From an uncultured Candidatus Saccharibacteria bacterium (lineage in GTDB: Bacteria > Patescibacteriota > Minisyncoccia > Phycocordibacterales > UBA918): 64,000 nt of DNA. The stretch covers positions 14,157 through 78,156 of the forward strand of contig CAZBMV010000002.1 of NCBI GenBank assembly GCA_964493145.1, in the 5' to 3' direction. This document shows, piece after piece, positions 10,886 through 20,961 of this stretch. Both the position numbers and the translations under genes were made by a program. Within the stretch, counting starts at the first letter, position 1; each line of letters starts with the position of its first letter. The notes under the pieces were generated by a model. It was given only the letters and a program-made list of their open reading frames with translations. It was not told the DNA's origin and did no database searches.

Positions 10886-11674
10886 ATGGCTACCTTTGCA
10901 AAAAAATACAACCCGAATAGAAACAGCGACTGGAACTACGGCGGGAGCAAGTGGCGTCTCTCACGATCAAAAATTGACTTATTTACCGAGTGTCCCCGAT
11001 GTTTTTACCTTGATAACAAACTTGGTACGGCACGACCGCGCGGCCCCGCGTTCACACTCAATGTCGCCGTTGACGCACTGTTTAAGAAGGAATTTGATCA
11101 ATACAGAGCAAAAGGAGAACCTCACCCTCTCATGGCAAAGTATGGTATTAACGCGGTTCCGTTTGCACATGCACAGATGGACGTGTGGCGAGACAACTTT
11201 GCCGGCATTGAATTCCTTCACACTGAAACGGGATTTACGGTGTCCGGAGCCGTTGACGATATTTGGATCACTCCAAGCGGGGAACTGATAGTTGTTGACT
11301 ACAAAGCCACAGCCAAAGACGGAACGATTGAAACACTTGCCGATTCGGCATGGGAAGACCAGTACCGCAGACAAATCGGTGTGTACCAGTGGCTTTTTAC
11401 ACAGAACGGTTTTACGGTCTCGCCGACGGGTTATTTTGTGTATGCAAACGGCGACAGTGATCAGCCGGCGTTCAACGACACGCTCCACTTTGAGACGACA
11501 CTTGTGCCGTGCGACGGCGACACCTCATGGATAGAACCGACACTTCTAGACATTAAGAAGTGCCTCGCAGACGAGCAATTTCCGAAGAGTAATCCTGACT
11601 GTGAATTTTGTCTCTACCGTGAGGCATGCGGAAAAAAGTTACAGGCACTACACACAAAGAGTATAAAGAGGTAA
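10886..11674 (+). CDS. PD-(D/E)XK nuclease (RecB/AddB-like)
   Basis: LSRSKI..F.ECPRC, GAVDD, VVDYK, Q...Y, C-terminal CEFC. Confidence 0.85.
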   Translation: MATFAKKYNPNRNSDWNYGGSKWRLSRSKIDLFTECPRCFYLDNKLGTARPRGPAFTLNVAVDALFKKEFDQYRAKGEPHPLMAKYGINAVPFAHAQMDVWRDNFAGIEFLHTETGFTVSGAVDDIWITPSGELIVVDYKATAKDGTIETLADSAWEDQYRRQIGVYQWLFTQNGFTVSPTGYFVYANGDSDQPAFNDTLHFETTLVPCDGDTSWIEPTLLDIKKCLADEQFPKSNPDCEFCLYREACGKKLQALHTKSIKR

Positions 11675-11699
11675 TGTAAACCTCGTATAATACACTCCT

Positions 11700-12296
11700 A
11701 TGGCATACTCATACGCAATAGAACAAGCGATACGAGCAGCATCAGTCCTCCATAAAGATCAGGTGCGAAAGGGGCACGTGCCCTACCCATACGTAACGCA
11801 TCTCTTTGCCGTTGCAACAATCGTGTCTGACTATACCGATGATGAAGATACCATTATCGCCGCACTCCTCCATGACACGCTGGAAGACACCGACTACACT
11901 GAAAAAGAACTTGAGGACGACTTTGGCGGTAGTGTGAAGGACATTGTTCTCTCACTCACCGAACCGCAGACGCCAGAAGGTGAAAAACGTGATTTCGCGT
12001 TTCAAAAAAAGGAGTACGTTACTCAACTCAAGAAGGCATCCGAGCGTGCGCTCGTCGTCGCCGCTGCCGACAAAATACATAACATGCGCTCCGTTGTTGA
12101 GGAATACTATGATGACCACTCATCATTCATCGCGCATTTCGGATCAAATCTTGAAGATCGTCTCCGCATGTACCAGGAAATAAGCAACGTGCTCAATCGG
12201 AGACTCAAGAACAGTATCCTTGCTGAATTTAACAGTGTGTTCACCGAATATAAAAATTTTTTACATGACGTTGAAAAAAAACGGAACGAGTATTAA
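11700..12296 (+). CDS. HD-domain protein, Mesh1/small alarmone hydrolase-like
   Basis: H..Q.RK...PYVTHL, AALLHDTLEDT, ADKIHN. Confidence 0.85.
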   Translation: MAYSYAIEQAIRAASVLHKDQVRKGHVPYPYVTHLFAVATIVSDYTDDEDTIIAALLHDTLEDTDYTEKELEDDFGGSVKDIVLSLTEPQTPEGEKRDFAFQKKEYVTQLKKASERALVVAAADKIHNMRSVVEEYYDDHSSFIAHFGSNLEDRLRMYQEISNVLNRRLKNSILAEFNSVFTEYKNFLHDVEKKRNEY

Positions 12297-14331
12297 AAAT
12301 CAAAAGCAAAAAAATACCACCGAAAGGAAACAGGGTTTACGCGGAAAGAAAAATACGTCCGATATGCCCGTGCGGACGCTCACAAAAAATGACTTCGCGT
12401 GGGTAACGTGGCAACCAAAGGATTTCAAAAAATTTCCTACGCAAGCCATTAAGGAACTCACGGATGACTACTCACGCATAAAGAATATTCCTTCCCACGC
12501 GCGCACATTTGAGAACACCGTCCTCGCTCTTGAACGAAGTGGCTCCACGTACAGGCAAAAGATACATTTTGTCGGCTTTTTGGCTGAGGTGTCGCCACAC
12601 AAAAACGTGCGCGACGCGGCACATGCGATAACAGAGGAGTACGCGAAAAAAATTGTTGATGTCGTACACGATGAAGGTATCTACAACGCACTCCGTGAAT
12701 ATGCATCAAAAAAGGAGAAGTTGATCGGTGAAGACAAGATACTTTTTGAAGATATGCTGCGCGACTATCGTCGCATGGGGTTTGATTTGCCGAAGGAAAA
12801 GCAAAAACTGCTTAAGAAAAATCTTAAAGAACTTTCACAGCTTTCGCTCTCTTTTAGAAAAAATATTAACGATTACAAGGATTCCATAACGCTTACCGTT
12901 GCCGAGGCAGTTGGTCTTCCCGAGAGGTTTCTCTCCGGTCTCAAACGTGATGCGAAGGGGCGTTACGTAGTGACACTTGAGTATCCGGACATTGGGCCAT
13001 TTCTGGAAAACTCACCGAATGACCGTAAGCGCAAGGAAATTGTTGATAAAAACGCCCGTAAAGGCGGACCAAAAAACATAGCGCTCCTCAAGCGCATCAT
13101 TACGCTCAGACACAGGAACGCCACCATGCTCGGGTACAAAACATTCGCACACTACGCGATTGAGGATCGGATGGCAAAAAATCCTGAGACGGTGATGAAG
13201 TTTCTCAACGCAATTAAAAAGCGTGTTGAACGGGGAGCGCGAAGAGACAGAGAAGAACTGGTCACATTCAAACGTGCCTTTACAAAAAATCCTCGTGCAA
13301 CGAGTGAGTACTACGATTCGTACTACGTGCATCAATTGCAAAAACAGTTGTATTCCATTGATACCGAAACGGTACGCGAATACTTTCCATTTCCAAAGGT
13401 CAGGGAAGGTGTCTTTGAGGTATATCAAAAATTGCTCGGCGTCAGGTTCAAAAAAGTAACCAATCGTCCTCTCTGGCATTCCGACGTTGAACTCTACGCG
13501 ATTATTGATAACAACAAAGAAATCGCGTATTTTGCCATGGATCTTTTCCCGCGAGACGGGAAGTACGGCCACGCGGCGGCGTTTGATCTCATTAATGGGC
13601 GAGCCCATGGCAATATGTACGTCGCACCGCTTGCGGCGCTCGTTTGTAATTTCTCAAAGCCGACGGGCAAAACACCATCACTCCTCTCGCACGATGAGGT
13701 TGAAACTTTTTTTCATGAATTCGGACACATCATGCACGATGTGCTTACCAAGGCACGGTATGAATCACAGTCAGGATTTCATGTCGCATGGGACTACGTA
13801 GAGATGCCATCACAAATGTTGGAAAATTGGGTGTGGAAAAAGGAAATTTTGAGGAAAATTTCCAGTCATTACAAAACAGGCAAGCCACTACCCGATACAC
13901 TCGTCACAAATATGCTCCGTGCGGAAAAATTCAGAATATCAACGATGTACCTTCGTCAAATGCTCTTGGCGCTCTTTGATATGAAGTTGCACTACGCGTG
14001 TGCTCAGGGTGCACCGCACGAAATATACCGCTCCATGGTTAAGCGCATGATGGGGTACTCATTGCCAAAAACGCAACTTTTTCCTGCAGGGTTTGGCCAT
14101 ATCGTTGGGGGGTACGAAGCGGGATACTACTCATACGCGTGGGCTAAGGTGTATGCGCAGGATATGTTCACACGATTTGAAAATGATGGGCTCTTGAATA
14201 AAAAAACGGGACGCGATTACCGAACGTGGATTCTTGAAAAGGGAAGCTCAATGGATGAGATGGCATTGATTAAAAAGTTTCTTGGTCGCGCACCGAGCGT
14301 GAGCGCGTTCTACAGATACATACGCGCATAG
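12265..14331 (+). CDS. M3 family oligopeptidase (thimet oligopeptidase-like); start may be 12364
   Basis: DLFPRDGKYGHAA, FFHEFGHIMH, DYVEMPSQMLENW, GYEAGYYSYAW. Confidence 0.93.
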   Translation: MTLKKNGTSIKNQKQKNTTERKQGLRGKKNTSDMPVRTLTKNDFAWVTWQPKDFKKFPTQAIKELTDDYSRIKNIPSHARTFENTVLALERSGSTYRQKIHFVGFLAEVSPHKNVRDAAHAITEEYAKKIVDVVHDEGIYNALREYASKKEKLIGEDKILFEDMLRDYRRMGFDLPKEKQKLLKKNLKELSQLSLSFRKNINDYKDSITLTVAEAVGLPERFLSGLKRDAKGRYVVTLEYPDIGPFLENSPNDRKRKEIVDKNARKGGPKNIALLKRIITLRHRNATMLGYKTFAHYAIEDRMAKNPETVMKFLNAIKKRVERGARRDREELVTFKRAFTKNPRATSEYYDSYYVHQLQKQLYSIDTETVREYFPFPKVREGVFEVYQKLLGVRFKKVTNRPLWHSDVELYAIIDNNKEIAYFAMDLFPRDGKYGHAAAFDLINGRAHGNMYVAPLAALVCNFSKPTGKTPSLLSHDEVETFFHEFGHIMHDVLTKARYESQSGFHVAWDYVEMPSQMLENWVWKKEILRKISSHYKTGKPLPDTLVTNMLRAEKFRISTMYLRQMLLALFDMKLHYACAQGAPHEIYRSMVKRMMGYSLPKTQLFPAGFGHIVGGYEAGYYSYAWAKVYAQDMFTRFENDGLLNKKTGRDYRTWILEKGSSMDEMALIKKFLGRAPSVSAFYRYIRA

Positions 14332-14379
14332 AACAGAGTCTGGAAAATACATGGTAAATTTAGTATAGTTGTCCGCATT

Positions 14380-16320
14380 ATGTCAGGAAATGACATTCGT
14401 AAAAAATATCTAGCATTCATGGAAAAGCGTGGCCACGCTATTATTCCATCTGCCTCGCTCATACCGGCAAACGACCCGACGACGCTCTTCACGGGAAGCG
14501 GTATGCAACCGTTGGTTCCGTACCTCATGGGAGAAAATCACCCTATGGGTACCCGTCTCGCCGACTCGCAGAAGTGTTTTCGTGCGGAAGACATTGAGGA
14601 AGTCGGCGATAACAGACACACAACCTTTTTTGAAATGCTCGGAAATTGGTCGTTGGGTGACTATTTTAAAAAAGAACAAATACCATGGATCTATGAATTT
14701 CTTGTAGACGATGTCGGCCTCAAGCCGGAAAATATATACGTTACGGTTTTTGCGGGTGATACGCACGCGAACGTACCTAGAGATGAGGAGTCTGCAGAAC
14801 TGTGGCAACATATTTTTGCGGGGCGCGGTCTCTCCCACGGTGTCGCTCACATGGGATCCGAAAAGGAAGGTAGTGAACGTGGCATGAAGGAGGGCGAACG
14901 AATTTTTTACTATGATGCAAGCAAAAATTGGTGGTCACGTGCCGGTAAGCCTGAAAAAATGCCCGTTCACGAGATAGGTGGACCTGATACTGAAATTTTT
15001 TACGATTTTGGCACCCCGCACGATACGGCATTTGGTTCTCACTGCCACCCAAATTGCGACTGCGGACGTTTTTTGGAAATCGGAAATTCTGTATTTATCG
15101 AGTACATAAAGTCGGAGGATGGTTCGTTTAAAAAGCTTCCAAGGCGCAACGTTGACTTTGGGGGTGGCTTGGAGCGCATAACCGCTGCACGTCTCGGGAA
15201 TCCCGACATCTTCATGATTGACCTTCTCAAAAAGGTAATCGTAAACATTGAGGAACTTTCCGGAAAGAAATACGAGGATGACATGTCCGCATTTCGTGTC
15301 ATCACCGATCACATTCGCGGAGCCGTCTTCATGATTAGTGAGGGCATATACCCGAGCAATGCGGAACAGGGGTACTTTACGCGCAGACTCCTGCGTCGTG
15401 CAGTACGCTACGCGGATGTTATCGGTATTCCTCACGGCGAATTGAAGGTTTTGGCAAAAAGTGTCGTTGACACGTACAGGGAGCACTATCCAAAGATTGC
15501 AGAACATGAGTCTGACATTATTGACACCATTCACGGCGAGGAGGTTCAATTTAGAAAAACACTTGAGCATGGTCTCAAAGAGTTCAATAAGATTGCAGTC
15601 AGGGTAACGCTTCCGGTTACGAAGAAAGACGGAAAGGTTCTCGTGGATACATCACAGGAAATAAAACAGCAAAAATTTATTACCGGTGAGAGTGCATTCA
15701 ATCTTTTCACCACGTACGGTTTTCCCATTGAGCTGACAACTGAAATCGCCGCAGAGCGAGGCATGACCGTTGCACTTGATGAATTCAACGCACTCATGGA
15801 AAAACATCGTGCAACATCTCGTGCGGGTGCTGAACAAAAATTCAAAGGGGGTCTCGCAGATCATTCGGATGTCGTTGTCATGTACCACACCGCAACGCAC
15901 CTCCTCCTCGCCGGCTTGCGCAGGGAATTGGGAAGCGGAGTGCACCAGGCGGGATCAAACATCACAAACGAACGCTTGCGTTTTGATTTTACGTACGACG
16001 AAAAAGTGCCGGAGGATGTGCTCGCGCGCGTTGAGGCATTTGTAAATGAAGCGATACGACACAATGCACAGGTGACCATTGAAACGGTACCGAAGGAAGA
16101 AGCGGAGAAAGATCCAACCATTGAAGGAAGTTTTTGGGATCGGTACCCTGACCAGGTGAAGGTGTACACAATCAGGGGAGACGACGGCACCGTATACTCG
16201 CGTGAGCTTTGTGGAGGTCCTCATGTAGAAAAAACGGGAAGTATACGAGGCACGTTTAAAATTCAAAAAGAGGAATCTTCAGCACGCGGCGTTCGACGAA
16301 TTAAGGCTGTCCTCATGTAG
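14380..16320 (+). CDS. alaS: Alanine--tRNA ligase (short form lacking C-Ala domain)
   Basis: DPTTLFTGSGMQPL, HTTFFEMLGNWS, DHIR, HTATHLL, ELCGGPHV. Confidence 0.97.
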   Translation: MSGNDIRKKYLAFMEKRGHAIIPSASLIPANDPTTLFTGSGMQPLVPYLMGENHPMGTRLADSQKCFRAEDIEEVGDNRHTTFFEMLGNWSLGDYFKKEQIPWIYEFLVDDVGLKPENIYVTVFAGDTHANVPRDEESAELWQHIFAGRGLSHGVAHMGSEKEGSERGMKEGERIFYYDASKNWWSRAGKPEKMPVHEIGGPDTEIFYDFGTPHDTAFGSHCHPNCDCGRFLEIGNSVFIEYIKSEDGSFKKLPRRNVDFGGGLERITAARLGNPDIFMIDLLKKVIVNIEELSGKKYEDDMSAFRVITDHIRGAVFMISEGIYPSNAEQGYFTRRLLRRAVRYADVIGIPHGELKVLAKSVVDTYREHYPKIAEHESDIIDTIHGEEVQFRKTLEHGLKEFNKIAVRVTLPVTKKDGKVLVDTSQEIKQQKFITGESAFNLFTTYGFPIELTTEIAAERGMTVALDEFNALMEKHRATSRAGAEQKFKGGLADHSDVVVMYHTATHLLLAGLRRELGSGVHQAGSNITNERLRFDFTYDEKVPEDVLARVEAFVNEAIRHNAQVTIETVPKEEAEKDPTIEGSFWDRYPDQVKVYTIRGDDGTVYSRELCGGPHVEKTGSIRGTFKIQKEESSARGVRRIKAVLM

Positions 16321-16410
16321 GTGGTATGAACACTGCCTGAAACTCTGTTGTTCCCATTTTTCTTTTTTTGAATCTATTTTTTTTGTGCGCGCGCGATATA
16401 CTTTACTAGT

Positions 16411-17592
16411 ATGTTCCATTTTAGTGGAGGCGCAAAAAAGGTCGCCTACGGCGTGCTCGTTGATATCAGTTCCGGGTCCATCGGCGTTGCCATTGTTTCA
16501 TCGCCTCGCAATTCGCCTGAACCGACACTTCTTTACGTACACCGAAATTCAATGCGTGTGACCACCCACGGGATTGAGGGTATACGGAGGGTCAAGGAGG
16601 CACTATTTTCAACGGCACTCATTCTGTCACAGGAGGGAATGGGCGTTCTCAGACAACATGATCCCAGCGCACGTATTTCGCGTATGTTTGTGACGTGTTC
16701 AGCCCCGTGGGCTCACACGGTGTCACGTGACGTTTACTACGAGAGTGACACGCCGTTCAAGGTAACCGCTTCGGTTTTGAATGACCTCATTGAGAGCGCT
16801 GAAGCTGAGATATATACTTCCATTGAACAAAACCCCGACATCAGCGAAACAGCGTTTGATATTGTTGAACGTGCAACCGTCAACGCGACGGTCAATGATT
16901 ACCCGGTCGTTCAACCACTTCACCTTAAAGGCAGAACGCTGGGACTTTCGCACGTTGTCGGTCTCATTCCACACGAGATACGCGACGCTGTCTATGAAAT
17001 TCAAGAGAAACTTTTTCCGACGACCACACTTCGTGCGCACACCTGCATGCTCGTGACATACTGTGTGCTCCGCGACCTGTTTCCAAAAACAGAAGCGCTG
17101 TGCATCGTAGACACAACAGGCGAGGCAACCGAAATCGCAGTAGTGGAGCGTCACACCCTCATTGAAAACATATCAATGCCAATGGGAGTTAACACGCTCA
17201 TTCGCTCCATCATGGAGACGACAAAAAAACCGGCGACAGATATACAGTCGGTTATTGAGTTGCACGAAGATGGTTCGCGCGACATTGAACCGGAGTACCG
17301 TTCGTGCACCGATTCATACGTAGACAATCTCACGCGAACACTTGGTGTTATTTTTGAAAAAAAGCAACTGCCAAAAAACGTTGTTTTTCTTACGCAACGT
17401 AAGCACAATGGCTTTTTTGTACCGCTTGTCACAAAATCGTTTGAGCAGACACTCTCGGTAAAGCCACACTTCCTCAATGTACAAAATAAATTATCACTCC
17501 ACACAGACTCGTCAGTTGGTGAGGATCTCTATTTGAAGTTAAGCGCTCGCTTTTTCCACAAAATGCATGGCTGTGGGGAATTTGATGCATAA
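16411..17592 (+). CDS. Hypothetical protein with degenerate actin-like (FtsA/PilM) fold
   Basis: LVDISSGSIG and CIVDTTGEATEI resemble actin-fold phosphate motifs. Confidence 0.55.
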   Translation: MFHFSGGAKKVAYGVLVDISSGSIGVAIVSSPRNSPEPTLLYVHRNSMRVTTHGIEGIRRVKEALFSTALILSQEGMGVLRQHDPSARISRMFVTCSAPWAHTVSRDVYYESDTPFKVTASVLNDLIESAEAEIYTSIEQNPDISETAFDIVERATVNATVNDYPVVQPLHLKGRTLGLSHVVGLIPHEIRDAVYEIQEKLFPTTTLRAHTCMLVTYCVLRDLFPKTEALCIVDTTGEATEIAVVERHTLIENISMPMGVNTLIRSIMETTKKPATDIQSVIELHEDGSRDIEPEYRSCTDSYVDNLTRTLGVIFEKKQLPKNVVFLTQRKHNGFFVPLVTKSFEQTLSVKPHFLNVQNKLSLHTDSSVGEDLYLKLSARFFHKMHGCGEFDA

Positions 17593-17611
17593 AATTAGGT
17601 ATACTTACCAT

Positions 17612-18952
17612 ATGGGACAAAAATGGAACTTGCAGGATATTCGACCGGCTGCCACACCAAAGGCTCCGGTGCGCGATTTTGTTGAGCAGTCAAAAGCTCG
17701 GCAAGATATCAAGCCACGCGCACCACGCGCAGAGGCATCGGTACAGTCCTTTGATGATTCCGACCTTTCTACGCTTGATATCATTGACGGAAATTCGGCG
17801 AAGCGAAAACGTGTTATCGTAAGCGCTTCTATCGCTGCGATCGTTATTGTCGCAGGCATTTTCCTTAATATTTTTCTCGGCGGAGCGGAGGTAACGGTGT
17901 ACCCGAAATTTAGAGATGTTTCCGTTCAATCCGATTTTACTATTTTTACCGCACCCCAAACGGGTGAACTCGGGTATGAACTCCTCTCACTGGAAGCGAC
18001 CGGTGAGCGGCAGGTGAAGGCGACCGGCAGGGAACAGGTCTCCACGCGTGCAGAGGGAAAGATTTTTGTATACAACACGCAAGTGTCCGTGTCACAGCGT
18101 CTCATTAAGAATACGCGGTTTGAGACATCGGACGACCTTGTCTACAGGATTAAGGAATCTATTGAGGTGCCCGGGGCAACGAAGGATGCAAAGGGGAATC
18201 TCGTTGCGGGGAGCGTTGTCGCAGATGTATTTGCGGACGCAACAGGTGAAAAATACAACGTACAGCCTCAAAAGTTTACGGTGCCTGGGCTGAAGGGAAG
18301 TGAACAGTACGAAAGTATTTACGGTGAATCAACAACCGCCTTTACGGGAGGGTTTGAGGGTGAGAAGTACCTTATTGACGAACAGGAACTTGAAACAGCA
18401 AAGCAAGCCCTCCACGTCGAGCTACGTGACAAACTGCTTGCACGCCTCACCGATGAAAAACCTGCGGGCTTCGTTGTCTACGATGGCGCGGTAACATTTG
18501 TCTATGAATCACTTCCCGCAACCGAGTACGGTGATTCGCTCGCAACAATCAAAGAAAAGGTTCGCCTTCTCGTTCCAATCTTCAATGAGACTGAGTTTGC
18601 GAAGTACCTTGCCGAAAAATCGGTACCTGAATACAAGGGCGAGGATGTCACACTTCCAGATGCAACAACACTTACCTTTACGTACACAGACCCACTCACC
18701 CCGCTTCAGGATATCAGTGCATCATCCTCGCTCAACGTAACCCTTAAGGGATCTACCCGGATTGTGTGGAAATTTGATGAAGAAAAATTAAAGTCTGAAC
18801 TGATTAATCTTCCCAAAAAGGACAGCACGGAGGTATTTAAGACATACAATTCCATTAGCCATGCACAAGCGGAAGTACGACCATTTTGGGCCACCTCATT
18901 TCCTGAAAACCCCGATAAGATTAGAGTGCGTACTGTCATAGAAGACCGTTAA
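17612..18952 (+). CDS. Membrane-anchored protein with baseplate-J-like extracellular region
   Basis: N-terminal DI.P segment, TM, A.G.I.VYN...L..NTRF, A...GEKYN, FTGG. Confidence 0.65.
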   Translation: MGQKWNLQDIRPAATPKAPVRDFVEQSKARQDIKPRAPRAEASVQSFDDSDLSTLDIIDGNSAKRKRVIVSASIAAIVIVAGIFLNIFLGGAEVTVYPKFRDVSVQSDFTIFTAPQTGELGYELLSLEATGERQVKATGREQVSTRAEGKIFVYNTQVSVSQRLIKNTRFETSDDLVYRIKESIEVPGATKDAKGNLVAGSVVADVFADATGEKYNVQPQKFTVPGLKGSEQYESIYGESTTAFTGGFEGEKYLIDEQELETAKQALHVELRDKLLARLTDEKPAGFVVYDGAVTFVYESLPATEYGDSLATIKEKVRLLVPIFNETEFAKYLAEKSVPEYKGEDVTLPDATTLTFTYTDPLTPLQDISASSSLNVTLKGSTRIVWKFDEEKLKSELINLPKKDSTEVFKTYNSISHAQAEVRPFWATSFPENPDKIRVRTVIEDR

Positions 18953-18976
18953 TTCGGTACTGGGGACAACAAGGGG

Positions 18977-19005
18977 TTGACGGTCATTATAAACTTTGTT
19001 ACACT
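18977..19005 (+). promoter_or_regulatory. Sigma70 promoter for the infA-rpsI cluster
   Basis: TTGACG-17 nt-TACACT with extended TG. Confidence 0.65.
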
Positions 19006-19017
19006 CTCGGTCGTTTG

Positions 19018-19239
19018 ATGCAGGAAAAATCAGACAAAGAAGTTCTCGTCTATGGAACAGTAGAGGAGGCGCTCCCTAATGCGCTTTTTCGTGTTTTGAT
19101 TGACGGTGAAGAAAAACCAATTATTGCCTATTTGGCGGGTAAAATGCGAAAGTTTAAAATTCGCGTTCTCGTCGGGGACAGAGTTGCGGTCGTTCCTGAA
19201 CCATACGGTGGAAAGGCGCGCATCGCTAAACGACTTTAA
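19018..19239 (+). CDS. infA: Translation initiation factor IF-1
   Basis: GTVEEALPNALFRV...AYLAGKMRKFKIRVLVGDRV. Confidence 0.97.
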   Translation: MQEKSDKEVLVYGTVEEALPNALFRVLIDGEEKPIIAYLAGKMRKFKIRVLVGDRVAVVPEPYGGKARIAKRL

Positions 19240-19346
19240 ATATTCATCCCGTTTGAAATCATGGTATGCACTATGATTGCGAACAGGATAATTCAGACCC
19301 ACAACCGCAATTAATATTTCATTATCAGAATGTAATTCCAAATGGG

Positions 19347-19463
19347 ATGAAAGTACGATCATCAGTAAAAAAAATCAGTCCAGACGACAAAATCGTCCGA
19401 CGACGCGGATACATTTACGTTATCAACAAGAAGAAGCCACGAAATAAGCAACGACAGGGTTAA
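19347..19463 (+). CDS. rpmJ: 50S ribosomal protein L36 (cysteine-free type)
   Basis: [38 protein letters not shown]. Confidence 0.97.
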   Translation: MKVRSSVKKISPDDKIVRRRGYIYVINKKKPRNKQRQG

Positions 19464-19474
19464 TTAAGCGCACT

Positions 19475-19852
19475 ATGAGAATTTCAGGTATTACAATTCC
19501 AGATACAAAGCATTTAGAGTTTGCCCTCACCTCTGTCTTTGGTGTTGGTCATTCACGTGCCCTTTCAATACTTAACGGACTCAAGATTGATCCAAAGAAG
19601 ACAACGAAAGACCTCTCCACTGATGAAGAGAATGCCATTCGTGAAAAGGTTGAATCATTTACCATTGAAGGCGAGCTTAAACGCGCCGTCGGTGCAAACA
19701 TCAAGCGTCTCAAGGATATTCAGTGCTACCGTGGCTCACGTCACGCAAAACGCCTTCCGTGCCGTGGACAGCGCACCAAGACGAACGCCCGCACTCTCAA
19801 GGGTGTTAAGAAGACTATGGGTTCCGGCCGTCGTAAGCTTGAGAAGACGTAA
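19475..19852 (+). CDS. rpsM: 30S ribosomal protein S13
   Basis: RISGITIP, CYRGSRH..RLPCRGQRTKTNART. Confidence 0.98.
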   Translation: MRISGITIPDTKHLEFALTSVFGVGHSRALSILNGLKIDPKKTTKDLSTDEENAIREKVESFTIEGELKRAVGANIKRLKDIQCYRGSRHAKRLPCRGQRTKTNARTLKGVKKTMGSGRRKLEKT

Positions 19853-19882
19853 TCAATTTCCTTATTTAGTAACGAATGACCT

Positions 19883-20311
19883 ATGGGTAAGAAACGAATA
19901 ATCAAAAAAGGAGGGAGCGACGCTAGCGGTTCATCACGCGCGCTTGCACGTATTCCGAAAAAGAAGGTTGCAGTAGGCACGCTCAACATTCTCGCAACGT
20001 TCAACAACACAATTCTCACACTCTGCGATAACAAGGGTAACTCTTTGATTGCAGCATCCAGCGGCGCACTCGGCTTTGCCGGTTCACGAAAGAGCACTCC
20101 GTTTGCAGCTGCTAAGGTTGGTGAGATTATCGGTGAAAAGGCATCACAAATGGGTATGAAGGAGGCAAATGTCGTCATCAAAGGCATCGGTGCCGGACGG
20201 GAATCAGCACTTCGCGGTTTTTCAAGCAAGGGCATTGCCATTACAAGCATTTCTGACAAGACACCGGTTCCACACAACGGTCCACGACCACCTAAACCAC
20301 GCAGAATCTAA
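19883..20311 (+). CDS. rpsK: 30S ribosomal protein S11
   Basis: ATFNNTI, GSRKSTPFAA, DKTPVPHNGPRP. Confidence 0.98.
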   Translation: MGKKRIIKKGGSDASGSSRALARIPKKKVAVGTLNILATFNNTILTLCDNKGNSLIAASSGALGFAGSRKSTPFAAAKVGEIIGEKASQMGMKEANVVIKGIGAGRESALRGFSSKGIAITSISDKTPVPHNGPRPPKPRRI

Positions 20312-20326
20312 ATATTTATTACGCAT

Positions 20327-20935
20327 ATGATCATCGGTCCAAAATATAAAATTGCAAAGCGACTTGGCGCAGCCATCTTTGAAAAAACGCAAACACAGAA
20401 GTTTGCGCTTTCAGAGGCACGCAGTGCACGAAATAAGAAGGTCGGACGTGGTGCGATGTCAGACTACAAAAAGCAGCTTCTCGAGAAGCAAAAAATGCGA
20501 TTTGGGTACGGCATTTCGGAAAAGCAACTCTCACGCTACGTACGTGAATCATTTGCACAAGGTCACCAGCCAATCGGAGCTCTCATTGGGCGCCTTGAGT
20601 CTCGTCTGGATAACGTTGTGTACCGTCTCGGTCTCGCGAAGACACGCCGTCTTGCACGACAACTCGTTTCACACGGGCACATCTGTGTAAACGGACGCCG
20701 TTTGAACATTCCGTCACACATTGTTCGTATTGGTGAGACGGTGTCGGTTCGTGAACAGAGCAAGCAGTCTCCACTCTTCGTAACGCTTGGTGAGACACTT
20801 GCACAGTACACTGCACCGCACTGGCTTTCACTCAACGCAAAAACACTTTCCGGAGAAAAGAAGGCGGAACCAACCTATGAGCCATCTGAAACACTGTTTG
20901 ATCCACAGCAAGTCCTTGAGTATTACAGTCGTTAA
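20327..20935 (+). CDS. rpsD: 30S ribosomal protein S4
   Basis: QLLEKQK, LESRLDNVVYRLG, ARQLVSHGH, EYYSR. Confidence 0.98.
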   Translation: MIIGPKYKIAKRLGAAIFEKTQTQKFALSEARSARNKKVGRGAMSDYKKQLLEKQKMRFGYGISEKQLSRYVRESFAQGHQPIGALIGRLESRLDNVVYRLGLAKTRRLARQLVSHGHICVNGRRLNIPSHIVRIGETVSVREQSKQSPLFVTLGETLAQYTAPHWLSLNAKTLSGEKKAEPTYEPSETLFDPQQVLEYYSR

Positions 20936-20961
20936 TAATTAGCACTAATAAGTAACGTACT

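Noticed and set aside
10886-11674. Cas4-like nuclease suggesting a CRISPR locus
   Set aside because: No other cas genes and no repeat-spacer array were seen; a solo PD-(D/E)XK nuclease explains it.
17612-18952. Prophage suggested by the baseplate-J-like domain
   Set aside because: No terminase, capsid, tail or integrase genes; the flanks are housekeeping genes.
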